From: Fistulifera solaris
Taxonomy: Eukaryota
NCBI GenBank assembly: GCA_030295235.1
Contig: AP026133.1
Span: 62,001 to 126,000 of the forward strand
DNA length: 64,000 nt
Direction: 5' to 3'
In this document: one piece after another, positions 50,707 to 61,231 of the stretch
Position numbering within the stretch: the stretch's first letter is position 1
How the letters are laid out: each line of letters begins with the position of its first letter
Notes under the pieces: model-generated
Seen by the model: only the letters and a program-made list of their open reading frames with translations
Told to the model about the DNA's origin: nothing
The model's database searches: none
Program-made: the position numbers and the translations under genes

Positions 50707-53700
50707 TCATTACCGTCCAGGGTTAAGGTTACAGTCACTATTCCTGAAGCCCTCCTCGAATCCCTGTCATCCTTCCTGGTCAAGTCGACGACGCTGAATA
50801 CTTTTTGCACTCAATTTCTCATCAGATCAACCGATCATCCGCTTTTCAGCATGAACAACCATGATTCAAACGCTGCATCGCAGCCGAATCAGCGATCCGT
50901 GAGATTTGGCGAAACATCAATTCATCTTGTCGATCCTGAACAACTGACACATTCGAGTACTAAACACCGGCAAGTAGAAGGTACCAGAACTCGGAACACT
51001 AGGACACAAAGTACTAATTCGACAATTCACTTAGCACAGAAGGATAACGCGTCGCGCTGCTGCAAATGTACTCCGAAGGCCCATTGCAAAACAAATAGAT
51101 GCCGGTGCAAACAAAACGGCATTTACTGTACCAATTGCAAATGCTCTGACTGCCATAACAAAGATCGTCTTCAAAACTCCTACAACGTCAACGGAAGAGA
51201 ACTCATAGTGGAGTTCTGCCAACCAATTTATTGGACCTTCGCGTGAAATTGATCATGGCACGAACCCCAACCCTACCAATCAAAACACGGGAAACGAGAC
51301 GATCCAAAATAACAGGAATCTCGAAGTCATCAACTCTCAACCTCAACCAGAACAAAACCAAGAAACAGGACATACTGACACTATTCAAGTTGAAGTTTAT
51401 GACGGTTCCCCTGTCGATTTTCGAACTGATGACAGTGACGATGATGATGAAGAAGAAATGTACGAACGTCACACTAACTCCACATTCAACCAACTTTCTA
51501 CATCGGAACCAGATGCTGACCTCCGGGATTTGTTGACACGGAAGCACATCATATTCTTCGCTAAATTTTTGGTGATCATATCCATGATAATGATGGAACA
51601 CATCTCACAGGTGGACTGCCTGAAGAAGCTGACAAACAATGGCAAAGCTGGTACAAATCTCTAATTGCAGTACCGCCAAGAGCTTACACTCTCCGCAGAA
51701 ATGGCACTACAAAGCGCTTTCTTTCCATTCTGATTGAAGAACTACAGAACGTCAGAAAGCACCGAACAGCAAATTTTGAGCGAAGTTCTTGTTTTCATCA
51801 TGGTCATTCTTGAATCCACTCCACACATCAAACGGCAAAAAGATATTAACCGAAGATTGAATGATCGAATGGATCTATGGTTATCGGGCAATCATTTGAC
51901 TCTGTGTCATGATACAATTCTTGAAAAAGGAAAACGGGAAAAGCCATCTACAGCCCCCCTTGACCCTAGACGAACGGGCACGACGATTCGACGCCATGTT
52001 GAAATCCGGAAGAATTAAAAAAGCAATGCAAATACTCACTTCAACCGAGACTGACAGAAATTCCGAGCGCACAGATAGCTCACGGAATTCGAATGCGGAA
52101 TGATCTCACTTAATAACGACAATCAACCAACTCAACACTCTTTGATGAGATGATCAATTGACAAACACCAGCACTGATATCGCAAACACTCTTTGATTGC
52201 AATGATCAGCAAGGACAACCACACAGTGCGCCTGTAACGTACTTACTCACTGTCTGCCTGTCTGAACTCAATGGATGTAGATCGATTCACAAGGTATATC
52301 AGACCTTGGGAATTTCACCACAAAAGAAAAAGACTCAGTAAACTCGGTAACAATTGATTGATTTCTAATTCATTTTTATTTTTATAAGACCTATTCTAAT
52401 TGAAAATGATTGCACACCTTTCTCCAATCTTCATGAACTTGTGCTGAGGTGGCGAAGTTGGCAAGTACTACATTGCCGTAGAAAATGAACATAGCTCTGT
52501 AGGTTTCCGTAGGTTGGCTACGTTACGTAGGAAACGTACTGCAGGTCTACGTAGCAGTCAGTCGTGGCAAGAGAAGAAACATGTCCACGTCTGCGAAAAT
52601 GTCGACGTTTGCACTCTCATTGGTATCCAAACCTTGTAACTGCAACTTCAAATAACTCCAAATGGTATCCAAGTGACTCTATCTTCAAATAGACAGTCGA
52701 CGTCTAAATAGCGATACCGGTGTACCATCATTGTGTAGTATAAGTAGTACGCTGCACAAATACAATGGAAATTCAGTCACTAACATGACTCGATCTTGCT
52801 AAGAAAATTGTCAGAGACAACAGGAGTCCTTGATCCTGAAGCTATTGACCCGAAAACCAATCGTCAAGTGATAGAGGTCCTACGCGATAAACATCCGGAC
52901 TTACATCCCAGATCTCAACACAACCCAGGGTTGTCTTGCTTTTGAACAGTATGATTACCTTCCTGATGCAGTTCCTTTACGAAGTTTCTGCCAAAGCAAT
53001 TGCAACCACAGCAATAAAACTAAAAGGAAGCGGGGGACCAAGTGGAACAGATGCGGTCACTTTAAAGAATTGGCTCCTAGGTCATGGGAAAGTTTCTTTT
53101 CGGCTTGAGATGCGAACTAGCTCACTAGACAGAATTGCTTGCAAACAACAGCCCTCCCTATGCTGCAATTCGGGCCTTACTAAAGCATAAGACTTATCGG
53201 TTTGGACAAAAGCCCTGGTGTCCGTCCAATTGCAATTGGAGAAATTCTCCGTTGGCTAATGGCCAAAACGGTGGCTATTCTCAAGGGAGACTTCGGCGGC
53301 AGAAGAATGCGGTAACCTCAACCTCTGTACGGGACTTTCTTCAGGCACCAAAGGATCCATTCACGCAATGCTAAAGTTCCTAGCGTCACCCCACCAAGAA
53401 GCACTTCTCCAAAAGTCCATTCTCCTGGAAATGGGATTCACCGATGAAGAGGCCCAAGATCTTGAAATGAACCTAGAAGAGGTCCAAAAAGAAATCACTG
53501 AAAGACTACTGGATTATGAAGATGATCTTAACCGAAAAGAAGGCTACGATGAAAATGACCCCGAAGCAATGCTCCTAATTGACGCAAGAAAACGCATTTA
53601 ACGAACTTAGCAGATTTTAAATGCCATGGACTGTGCGACATCTCTGGCCCGCCGGAGCAAGGTTTGTTTTCAATGCTACAGACATGCATCTACTCTATTT

Positions 53701-55526
53701 GTAATGCATAGAGAGTTTGACTTTTGTGAAGAGATTCAAAGCAGGGAAGCAGTAGCTCAAGGCGATCCCCTAAGCATGATTCTTTATGGCTTAACTTTAA
53801 CTCCTATCACAGAGAAAATCCGTGATAATGTCAAAGACATAGTCCAGCCCTTCTATGCAGACGATGTTGCTCTGGCAGGAAAATCTTCTGACATCTCAAA
53901 AGCAATGGAAATTCTAATGCAGTATGGACCTGCCCGGGGCTACTTTCCTGAACCAAGCAAAAGTGTCTGTCAACAAAATGACGAAGAAAAGTGCAGTGAG
54001 ACCTGTCTAAATACAAATTCAAATATGTCCGAGCGGACACAGATATCTCGGTGGATATATTGGATCGGCAGCCGCACGAGATGAATACGTCAAAGAAAAG
54101 ATCAAAAATTGGACACGAACAGTCAATCTGCTTGCTGAAGTTGCCAAGAAATACCCTCAGTCCGCTTACTCCGGCTTTCGTCACTCTCTCCAAATGGAAT
54201 GGCAATACATTCAACGGGTCATCCCACGCATTGAACCACTATTCAAGCCTTTAGAATCTGCAATCCAAGTCAATTTTCTTCCCGCGCTCCTTGGACAAAA
54301 AGAGCCAGTAACCGGTGAATTGAGAAAAAACCTTGCTTTAGGAACCAAAGCCGCCGGTATCGGAATCTGGAACCCAATGGAGACATGCGGCCATAATTTT
54401 TCAACATCTGAGAAAGTCACAAAGCTCATTTCAGGCAGCTTGCTCGAGAATCTTAATCTAAATGTGCGACAACATCAAGAACGGGCAAAAGCTGAAAGAG
54501 CTGCGGCCTCTGCAAGTCGTCATGCTGGTGAACTCCAAACTCTGAAAGATATTTGTGCAACAAAAGGGGATGATGAACAAGGCAAACAAGAAATGCGACG
54601 CCTCTTGCAAGCAAAATCGACAGGAATTTGGCTATCCGTTAGACCCAAAACTCTCACAGACACAGATTTGTCAAAAGATGAATTCAGAGACAGTCTTCGC
54701 ATTCGCGCAGGTCTACCTATCCAAGCACTTCCTCAGAAATGTGATGGATGCAATAAATCTTTTCGGTAGAAAATGCTCAAACATGCAAACACGGCGGTCT
54801 TGTCATCCTTCGACATGATGATGTTAAAAACGAGTTCATGTCTCTCTGTGCGCAGGCGTATGGCCCGAAAGCAGTACGCAACGAACCGACGATTCACACA
54901 TACAGCACCGACAATCAGAATGCACAAAAGAACAAGAACTACGAGGTGACATTTCTACTTACGGATTTTGGAGCGATTGCAAAACAACTATCTTTGACGT
55001 CCGCGTTACTGATACAGATGCCCCTTCATACAAGAATCGTGATCCAATGAATGTACTCGCTTCTCAAGAACTGGAGAAACGAAGACTCTATGGACAGCCT
55101 TGCATGGACCGTCGTCGCGATTTCACGCCTCTTGTCTTTTCCGTTGATGGGCTTATGGGTAAACAAGCCATCGCAGCCTCTCGCCAGCTTGCAAGAAAGC
55201 TGCAAAAGAAATGGAAGAGACCTTACTCTGAAATTTGTGGCTTCATCAGATCTTGTCTGAGCCTCTCGTTGGTTCGATTGGTAAGCATGTTATTGCGAAA
55301 TCCGAGAGATGGCGCGCCACAGCGCAATCCACCGCACTGGGAATCCGGTGCAGGTTTGTCACTCTACTACTAACTGTGGTACAGTGATTCAGGAAACGGA
55401 GCTTCTGAGAACCGGAAGAAAAATGCAAATGAACGTCAAATTTGCATTCTGACTTGAGGAAATTTGGAATTAGGAATAAAATTCAGTCGAATGTCAAGAT
55501 TAGATTCTGACGATAAATATCAGTAT
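50707..55526 (+). mobile_element. CRE-clade non-LTR retrotransposon (CXC Cys-rich N-terminus, RT, CCHC knuckle, restriction-like endonuclease); near full length, frameshifted, interrupted by a solo LTR
   Basis: [105 protein letters not shown]...CDGC...CKHGG...RHD, RGDI...FDVRVTD and EKRRLY...FTPLVFSVDG. Flanked by identical TTAGTTTTTCCTCT at 50693-50706 and 55527-55540 (candidate TSD). Confidence 0.9.
52052..52813. mobile_element. Solo LTR (762 bp) inserted into the CRE ORF
   Basis: Begins TGACA and ends TGTCA (TG...CA); flanked by 5-bp TSD GAGAC at 52047-52051 and 52814-52818. Removing it restores the in-frame ...ILTSTET-TGVLDPE...VLRDKHP. Confidence 0.85.
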
Positions 55527-55792
55527 TTAGTTTTTCCTCTGTCGCCTCAAAATAAATATTACTGAGTACTACGTAGTTGTTTAAAAAAAGATACATGAGT
55601 TTTTATTTTGTTAGTACAAAAAATGCGTAGGAAAATGCGTATGTAGAAATTTTTCCGCTTTTGTACCAAGGATGAGCCAGGTACCATACCTAAACTGCTT
55701 TTCCGCCTTCGAAGAAGTATAAAACCAACTGAATTGTCGCGTTTTAGTGACTAGAGCCCGAATTTTTTTGTTCATTCATCTATCCGATTGCT

Positions 55793-56906
55793 ATGAGTAG
55801 TGGCTACCTTTTCACCGCAGTTTATTTTTTTGTTGCTGGTGTTTTCCGCTATCAAGAGAGCGGTCGTGTCGGCTCAATCGTCATGCAGCGCGGCGCAAAG
55901 TATTCAAGTGCAGATTTCGATCACTCCTGGAAGCATTGAAATGTCAGAAGGCTTCGAAGACATCTATTTTCTATGCGAGCGACCATTGTCTTCAACTGAT
56001 TTGCCACCAGGCCTTTGGTTCACCTACCTTCCTTCCGAAACAACAGTTGCACGTATTTCCACAGATACTGTAACAAATGAAGAATTCTCCTATGCTTCAG
56101 CAATGGCCATCTTTGCGGACTCCTGTGATTCTCTGACCTGCATTGAGGAAATTTCTGGGGATGGTGAGGTACTGTTTCAAGCCGAGGCTGGTATTAAGTA
56201 CTTCATCCTAGTTTACCGGGAATGGGGAACAACCGAGGATCCCTTGACGCTATCCCTTGATGAAATTGTTGCTCCATCAAACGATAACTGGGAGAACGCC
56301 ATCCCATTGACCCATCAAGATCTTCCTTACAAAGGAGACTTTACGACATTTGGTGCACTTTCTGATTTTAATCAAGATGCATGCGGTTTGGAAGCATCTT
56401 ATGGAGTCTGGTTTACATATACCACCACTCTTCCTGAAGAAACGGTTTTACTTAAAACCACATCAAGTACCTTAGCTGATGTCATTGGCATTCAAGCTCG
56501 ATCGGGTGAAGGTGTCGCTTGTGTTGCGATGGGGAACCCACAATCAACAGAGTGGACTGCCGTGGCTGACACACAGTACTATATTCTGATCACAGATCAT
56601 GATCCGGCATATGGAGCAGCATTTGAATTGTCGTTACAGTCCCGTACCTTCTTAGGACCACCCACATCACCTGCCATCCCAGATTCACCCAATCCTGCAT
56701 CTGCTGCCGGTGATCAAACCTCAGTCCCCGTGATGCCTCCTTCGTTGCCAATTGGGGCTCCGATGCCATCTATGGTGGTCCATCCAGCAGCAACTTCTCC
56801 TGTAACTTCTCCAGAAACACTTCCGTCAGCATCCGAGGCTTACCCTTCAGAGGACTTATTCAAGGCTTGTCTTTACCTTGTGGTCTTGTTTTTATTTGTT
56901 GTGTAG
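55793..56906 (+). CDS. Secreted or surface protein: signal peptide, two repeated beta-rich modules (G[LV]WFTY...YxIL), Pro/Ser stalk, C-terminal hydrophobic anchor
   Basis: ATG at 55793 is joined to the 368-aa ORF by a shift in a T-run. VVSA-QSSC cleavage site; GLWFTY...KYFILV and GVWFTY...QYYILI modules; tail LYLVVLFLFVV. Confidence 0.7.
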
Positions 56907-56935
56907 TTCTTTTCCAAAAAAAACAATAACCAAAA

Positions 56936-57103
56936 CCACAGCGCAATCCACCGCACTGGGAATCCGGTGCAGGTTTGTCACTCTAGGTACAGTGATTCAG
57001 GAAACGGAGCTCCTGAGAACTGGAAGCCGAAGAAAAATGCAAATGAACGTCAAATTTGCATTCTGACTTGAGGAAATTAGGAATTAGGAATAAATATCAG
57101 TAT
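56936..57103 (+). mobile_element. 5'-truncated copy of the CRE element 3' end
   Basis: Near-identical to 55317-55526 (CCACAGCGCAATCCACCGCACTGGGAATCCGGTGCAGG...GTCAAATTTGCATTCTGACTTGAGGAAATT...TAAATATCAGTAT) with small internal deletions. Confidence 0.9.
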
Positions 57104-57270
57104 GTCTTAAAAAAAAATCAGTATAGTCTATCCTTTGATTGAAAATTATTATAAACGTAACTCACAGTACTTCTTCCCAACTTCTCCAGTGTTAGTGTTA
57201 ACGAATGTAATAAGACGGAGATAAAACCGATCCTCCTTCATAAAAATCTAAAGAAAAAAAAAACTTAAAC

Positions 57271-57487
57271 GGGAATGCTGTTTTTTTTTCATTCCCAGAT
57301 AATCTGGGAGTGCTATGTTATCCCGTTCCCAGTAAATCTCGGACTGCTGTGTTTTCACAATCCCAGAAAATCTGTGAGTGCTGTGTTTTCACGTTCCCAG
57401 ATAATCTAGAAGTGCTGTGATTTCCCAATCCCAGTAAATCTGGGAGTGATGTTTTTTTTCCGTTCCCAGTTAACCTCGAACTGTTTC
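57271..57487. repeat. Minisatellite, about 6 copies of a 34-bp unit containing the palindrome TCCCAGAT-A-ATCTGGGA
   Basis: TCCCAG recurs at 57293, 57327, 57361, 57395, 57429 and 57464; consensus TCCCAGATAATCTGGGAGTGCTGTGTTTTCMCRW. Confidence 0.9.
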
Positions 57488-57530
57488 AAAAAAAAATGTG
57501 TGAACACAAATCATACTCTTAGGCCACAAG

Positions 57531-57640
57531 GGTCCAGCAGGAACTGCTCCTGTAACTGCTCCAGAAACACTTCCTTCAGCATTCGAGGCTTACCCTACAG
57601 AGATCATATTTAATGCTTGTCTTGGCCTTATTTCTTGTTT
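57531..57640 (+). pseudogene. Diverged duplicate of the 3' end of the 55793-56906 gene
   Basis: CCAGCAGGAACTGCTCCTGTAACTGCTCCAGAAACACTTCCTTCAGCATTCGAGGCTTACCCT aligns with 56784-56890. Confidence 0.8.
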
Positions 57641-59092
57641 CGAACATATGTATTACTAAACGAGACTAACCATACCAAAAACTTATTAAAGACTTGTCTT
57701 GGCCTCAATTATTTTGTTTTGACCACATATATAATTTTAAACGTTACCCAAACACGTCCCTTTCTATAAAACTTGATGACACAAATATACGTCTGTTCAG
57801 AGATTTTTTCATGGTCTCACATAATCATAGCTTTTTCGACATCGAAACAGGAATACACCAGGGCGACTCTCATCTCTCTGGTAATGTTTTCCATGACATG
57901 CGAATACCATTTAAGGCCAAAACAGGATAATGATTATTTACCAAGTCAAGGTTATTATACGAATAAATCGAGATCCCGTTTATAAGCAGCCAAATTGTTT
58001 AACAATAGTTTGTTATTATTTAAACCATTGTTCATTTTTTCTTTTCAATGAATAAATAAAAAACCTGAAGTATTAAATTACTGGCAACGCGACAGAAATA
58101 ACGGCTATAATTGGGCAAGAAACCTGTCTCACAAATTGCACACGATATAAAACAATTGGAGACAACTCATTTTTACGTTGAGAACTGGGATTTCTGTCCT
58201 TTTTCATTATTATCACAGCATCAATCCCCATCATCTCTTCTTTTACTCGATCATTTAGTATCACGAAGATTTATTCCTAAAGTGGTAAGGGAACTTTCGC
58301 TTTCGGTTTTAATCAATTTTAAGTGATGATCGCAATATTATTCGCATGATCGTGTTATGGTTCGTTAAGGTAGGATAGACGGTGATTTCTTTTATCGGGA
58401 ATAGGTGTTAGGATCAGCCCTCAAATAGCATTTGCCAAAGACTACTTAACCCGAATGAATAAATCTGAATTGGACTTTAGAAATGAGGGAACTATTCAAG
58501 TCAGACATGTTATTATATCATTTATGTTTTTTAACGTTTCCGATTTACTTATTCGTCGTGTTTTGACCGTTATCGTTTGTGTATGTCTCTTAGTTAATGA
58601 AAGTATACTCGACATAAGACCTGCTGCTAAAGCACCTTCTTTGGTTTGACTGGTTATTTTTATGGTTGTTTTTCTTCGACTTATTTTTTATCGGAATACA
58701 CAACCACTGTCGTGCGATCTACCAAGCAGCGCACTAAGGCTAGGGAGTTAGAACCAAAGCTTACTCATTGAAGTGTCAGACTGAAATATATATGAATGAA
58801 AAGTGGAAAATTCAGTCGAATGTCAAGATTAGATTCTGACGATTAAAAAATTAGGAATAAAATATATATGTGAAAAATTATTTGAGGACAAGAAGAACCT
58901 TAATTTGTTATTTTTATTCCCTTATCTCACAAAGTCAGAATGCAGTTTTGCTATTCGGACTGATTTTTTTATTGTTCATTTTCATATTCTTACAAATGGA
59001 CCCTTGCTGGTGCTGCTGAGTTAGCTCTAGCTTCAATCAATGCAATGATTCTTCCACAGGGTTGGAGCAAATTTTTGATTACGATTGTGTCA

Positions 59093-61231
59093 TCAATCTT
59101 CCTGAGTGACTTCAGTATACTCACTCTCGGTTTCTCCGATGTATGCGTCTGTGTATTCCTCCGAGTTACTGAACTCAAGCTCGATATAGACTGGCTTGTA
59201 AAGCTCAAGCATACGAGGTTTTGCTCGGAGGAGTCCGTAGATTGTGTCAAGGCTGGCGAGATTTTTCCTTATACGTTTCTCGGTATATGTCACATTATCA
59301 TTTTGCAGGTGAATTTCCCGACATCTCAACGAAGCAGGCTCAAGTGCTACGACAGCGGCAACCATAAATGGAAACATTCCTTCGACAGCCAAAACAGGGT
59401 TTACCCACTCAGAATCGACCGACTCGTTATCATTGTACAGGTCAACACTCAGTAATTTTGCGTTCTCGTCTTTGACGAACCTTAACGAGCGCGGCACGGA
59501 GAGCGCTCCTGGATACGAGCGCACCAAAGCATGGATTCCTCGCTGATAGGGAGTCTGTGATTCGATAGCCAGTTGTAAGGGAGTTTCTCCATAGATATTC
59601 TTCATCCGAGAAACCTTTGGGTTCAGACGCAGTAGGCATTGAATAGCTTCTTGCTTACGCTGATTTATAAATTCCGTCATCTCCTCTTCGTTTTGTTCGC
59701 CAATCCACATACACACTTCGTGCAAAGGCGTATTGCCCGAGTCATCAACGGCTTGACTAAGGTGGTCAGGATAGTTTTGTGCGGCAATTTTCAGTATTGC
59801 TACTGGGCATCCATTTAATCCAGATACCGAATGGAGAACATTGGTTCTTGACGTACCAGAGCAACTTCGAAGCAAATTGTTAACCCATGTCCACGCCCAC
59901 CACGAGTCCGGAGATTCCTTTTGCTCGATATCTTCTTGAATTTTTTCTCTGTTAGATCGATATAGCATCTCGATCGGCCCGCGTACTTTATCGTTATAGC
60001 ATCGTGTGTTCGCCAAACGAGGATGGACGTCGAGTAGTGTCTTGAGCACAATAGTACTATCTGTCTTTGGCTCCTTTTTGAACAACCGCGAACATGTTAA
60101 AATGTGCACGTCCAAGGCCGATAAGCCGTCGTCTGTGAAAACATATGCACTGTGCGGGGCATGCTCTAAAAGGATTCGAGCAATGATTTTTGCATTTTGC
60201 ATATTGTACTCTCGTTCATAGATAGAACAAGCGTAGCACAAAGGTGTATATGATTTCAAATGACACCTAATAATACCAGCTTCTGGACAAGCTGCAGCTA
60301 GTTCTTCAATGAGCTCTAAGGGTGCCGGAGGCGTATCTTCCTCGTATAGATTCCGAAACGTCGGATTGGTTCGACTGATCACTGCTAGATGTAGCGCGGT
60401 CGTACCATCCGTCGGATCGACACATTTTGCATCGCGAGGTTGCTTTTTGCACTGTCGACGGACAGCTCTCCAGTTCGCTTGGCGTGCATAGAGGTACAGG
60501 GGTGTCCAAGACGGATCTTGCGCTATCTCCTCTAAGTTCTTCACCTTTAATTGTGAGGTTGTCTTTCGCGATCGATTTGAGTGTGAACTGGAAGTCAGAA
60601 TGAATAGTTGCTGTTGCACATCCTTTGACCTTGAAATTTGATCGGGAAAGGTGGCAGTCAATGATTTACTTCGCTCGCCATTCGTACGGGAGATACCTCT
60701 TTGCCTTGACGACAAGCTCCCTGAACTCAAAGCCCGTTCCATTTCTTGGTTAGATGTCTCTACTGTGAGATTTGATCGGGCACTATGAGTCCGTCGAATG
60801 TCTCGACGTTTCGTTTCATTATTTCCTTTCTTGTCAATTGTTGATTGGGGTAGGACCGGATGAGTGAAGATTGCATTCGCAATATCCTGATCGGAGACAT
60901 CTGCAGTCTTTCTGACTGATTGAGAACTGTGAGTACGCCGAATATCTTTTCTTTTCGGTTCAGTGTCTCCTTTACTTTCCTTGGTCGATTTTGGAATTGC
61001 AGGATCGATGAAAGTGGAATTCGCCGAATCGATCTGATTTCTTTCGAGACGGTGCGATTTGCTTCGAGTCGGTAGCTTTCCGGAACTTCGAACTCGAGGC
61101 ATGTCTAGTGCAGACGATTGCGGAAACGTTTCGTTGGGCGTACCGACTCTCGCGCTTTGTGTGCGAGCGGGCGTCTTTCTCTTTGTCGTCAGGCTCCCCG
61201 AACTCGAGTTCTTTTGTATTTCATGTTTCAT
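59093..61231 (-). CDS. Ankyrin-repeat-like protein with a long Ser/Arg-rich N-terminus
   Basis: Intact 712-aa ORF with DGTTALHLAV, YTPLCYAC, DGLSALDVH, SGNTPLHEVC and YGETPLQLAI, and C-terminal GMFPFMVAA...LDTIYGLLRAKP typical of diatom ankyrin-like proteins. Confidence 0.85.
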   Translation of the reverse strand: MKHEIQKNSSSGSLTTKRKTPARTQSARVGTPNETFPQSSALDMPRVRSSGKLPTRSKSHRLERNQIDSANSTFIDPAIPKSTKESKGDTEPKRKDIRRTHSSQSVRKTADVSDQDIANAIFTHPVLPQSTIDKKGNNETKRRDIRRTHSARSNLTVETSNQEMERALSSGSLSSRQRGISRTNGERSKSLTATFPDQISRSKDVQQQLFILTSSSHSNRSRKTTSQLKVKNLEEIAQDPSWTPLYLYARQANWRAVRRQCKKQPRDAKCVDPTDGTTALHLAVISRTNPTFRNLYEEDTPPAPLELIEELAAACPEAGIIRCHLKSYTPLCYACSIYEREYNMQNAKIIARILLEHAPHSAYVFTDDGLSALDVHILTCSRLFKKEPKTDSTIVLKTLLDVHPRLANTRCYNDKVRGPIEMLYRSNREKIQEDIEQKESPDSWWAWTWVNNLLRSCSGTSRTNVLHSVSGLNGCPVAILKIAAQNYPDHLSQAVDDSGNTPLHEVCMWIGEQNEEEMTEFINQRKQEAIQCLLRLNPKVSRMKNIYGETPLQLAIESQTPYQRGIHALVRSYPGALSVPRSLRFVKDENAKLLSVDLYNDNESVDSEWVNPVLAVEGMFPFMVAAVVALEPASLRCREIHLQNDNVTYTEKRIRKNLASLDTIYGLLRAKPRMLELYKPVYIELEFSNSEEYTDAYIGETESEYTEVTQED

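Noticed and set aside
50717..50732. Telomere-like AGGGTTAAGGTTA at the CRE 5' end
   Set aside because: Only two imperfect units, as expected by chance.
52621..52672. TGGTATC sequences as a tRNA-Met primer-binding site
   Set aside because: They lie inside the TG...CA unit rather than just after an LTR end, and the match is only 7 nt.
57271..57487. CRISPR-like array (palindromic repeats at a regular period)
   Set aside because: The segments between palindromes resemble each other rather than being unique spacers, there are no cas genes, and the context is eukaryotic.
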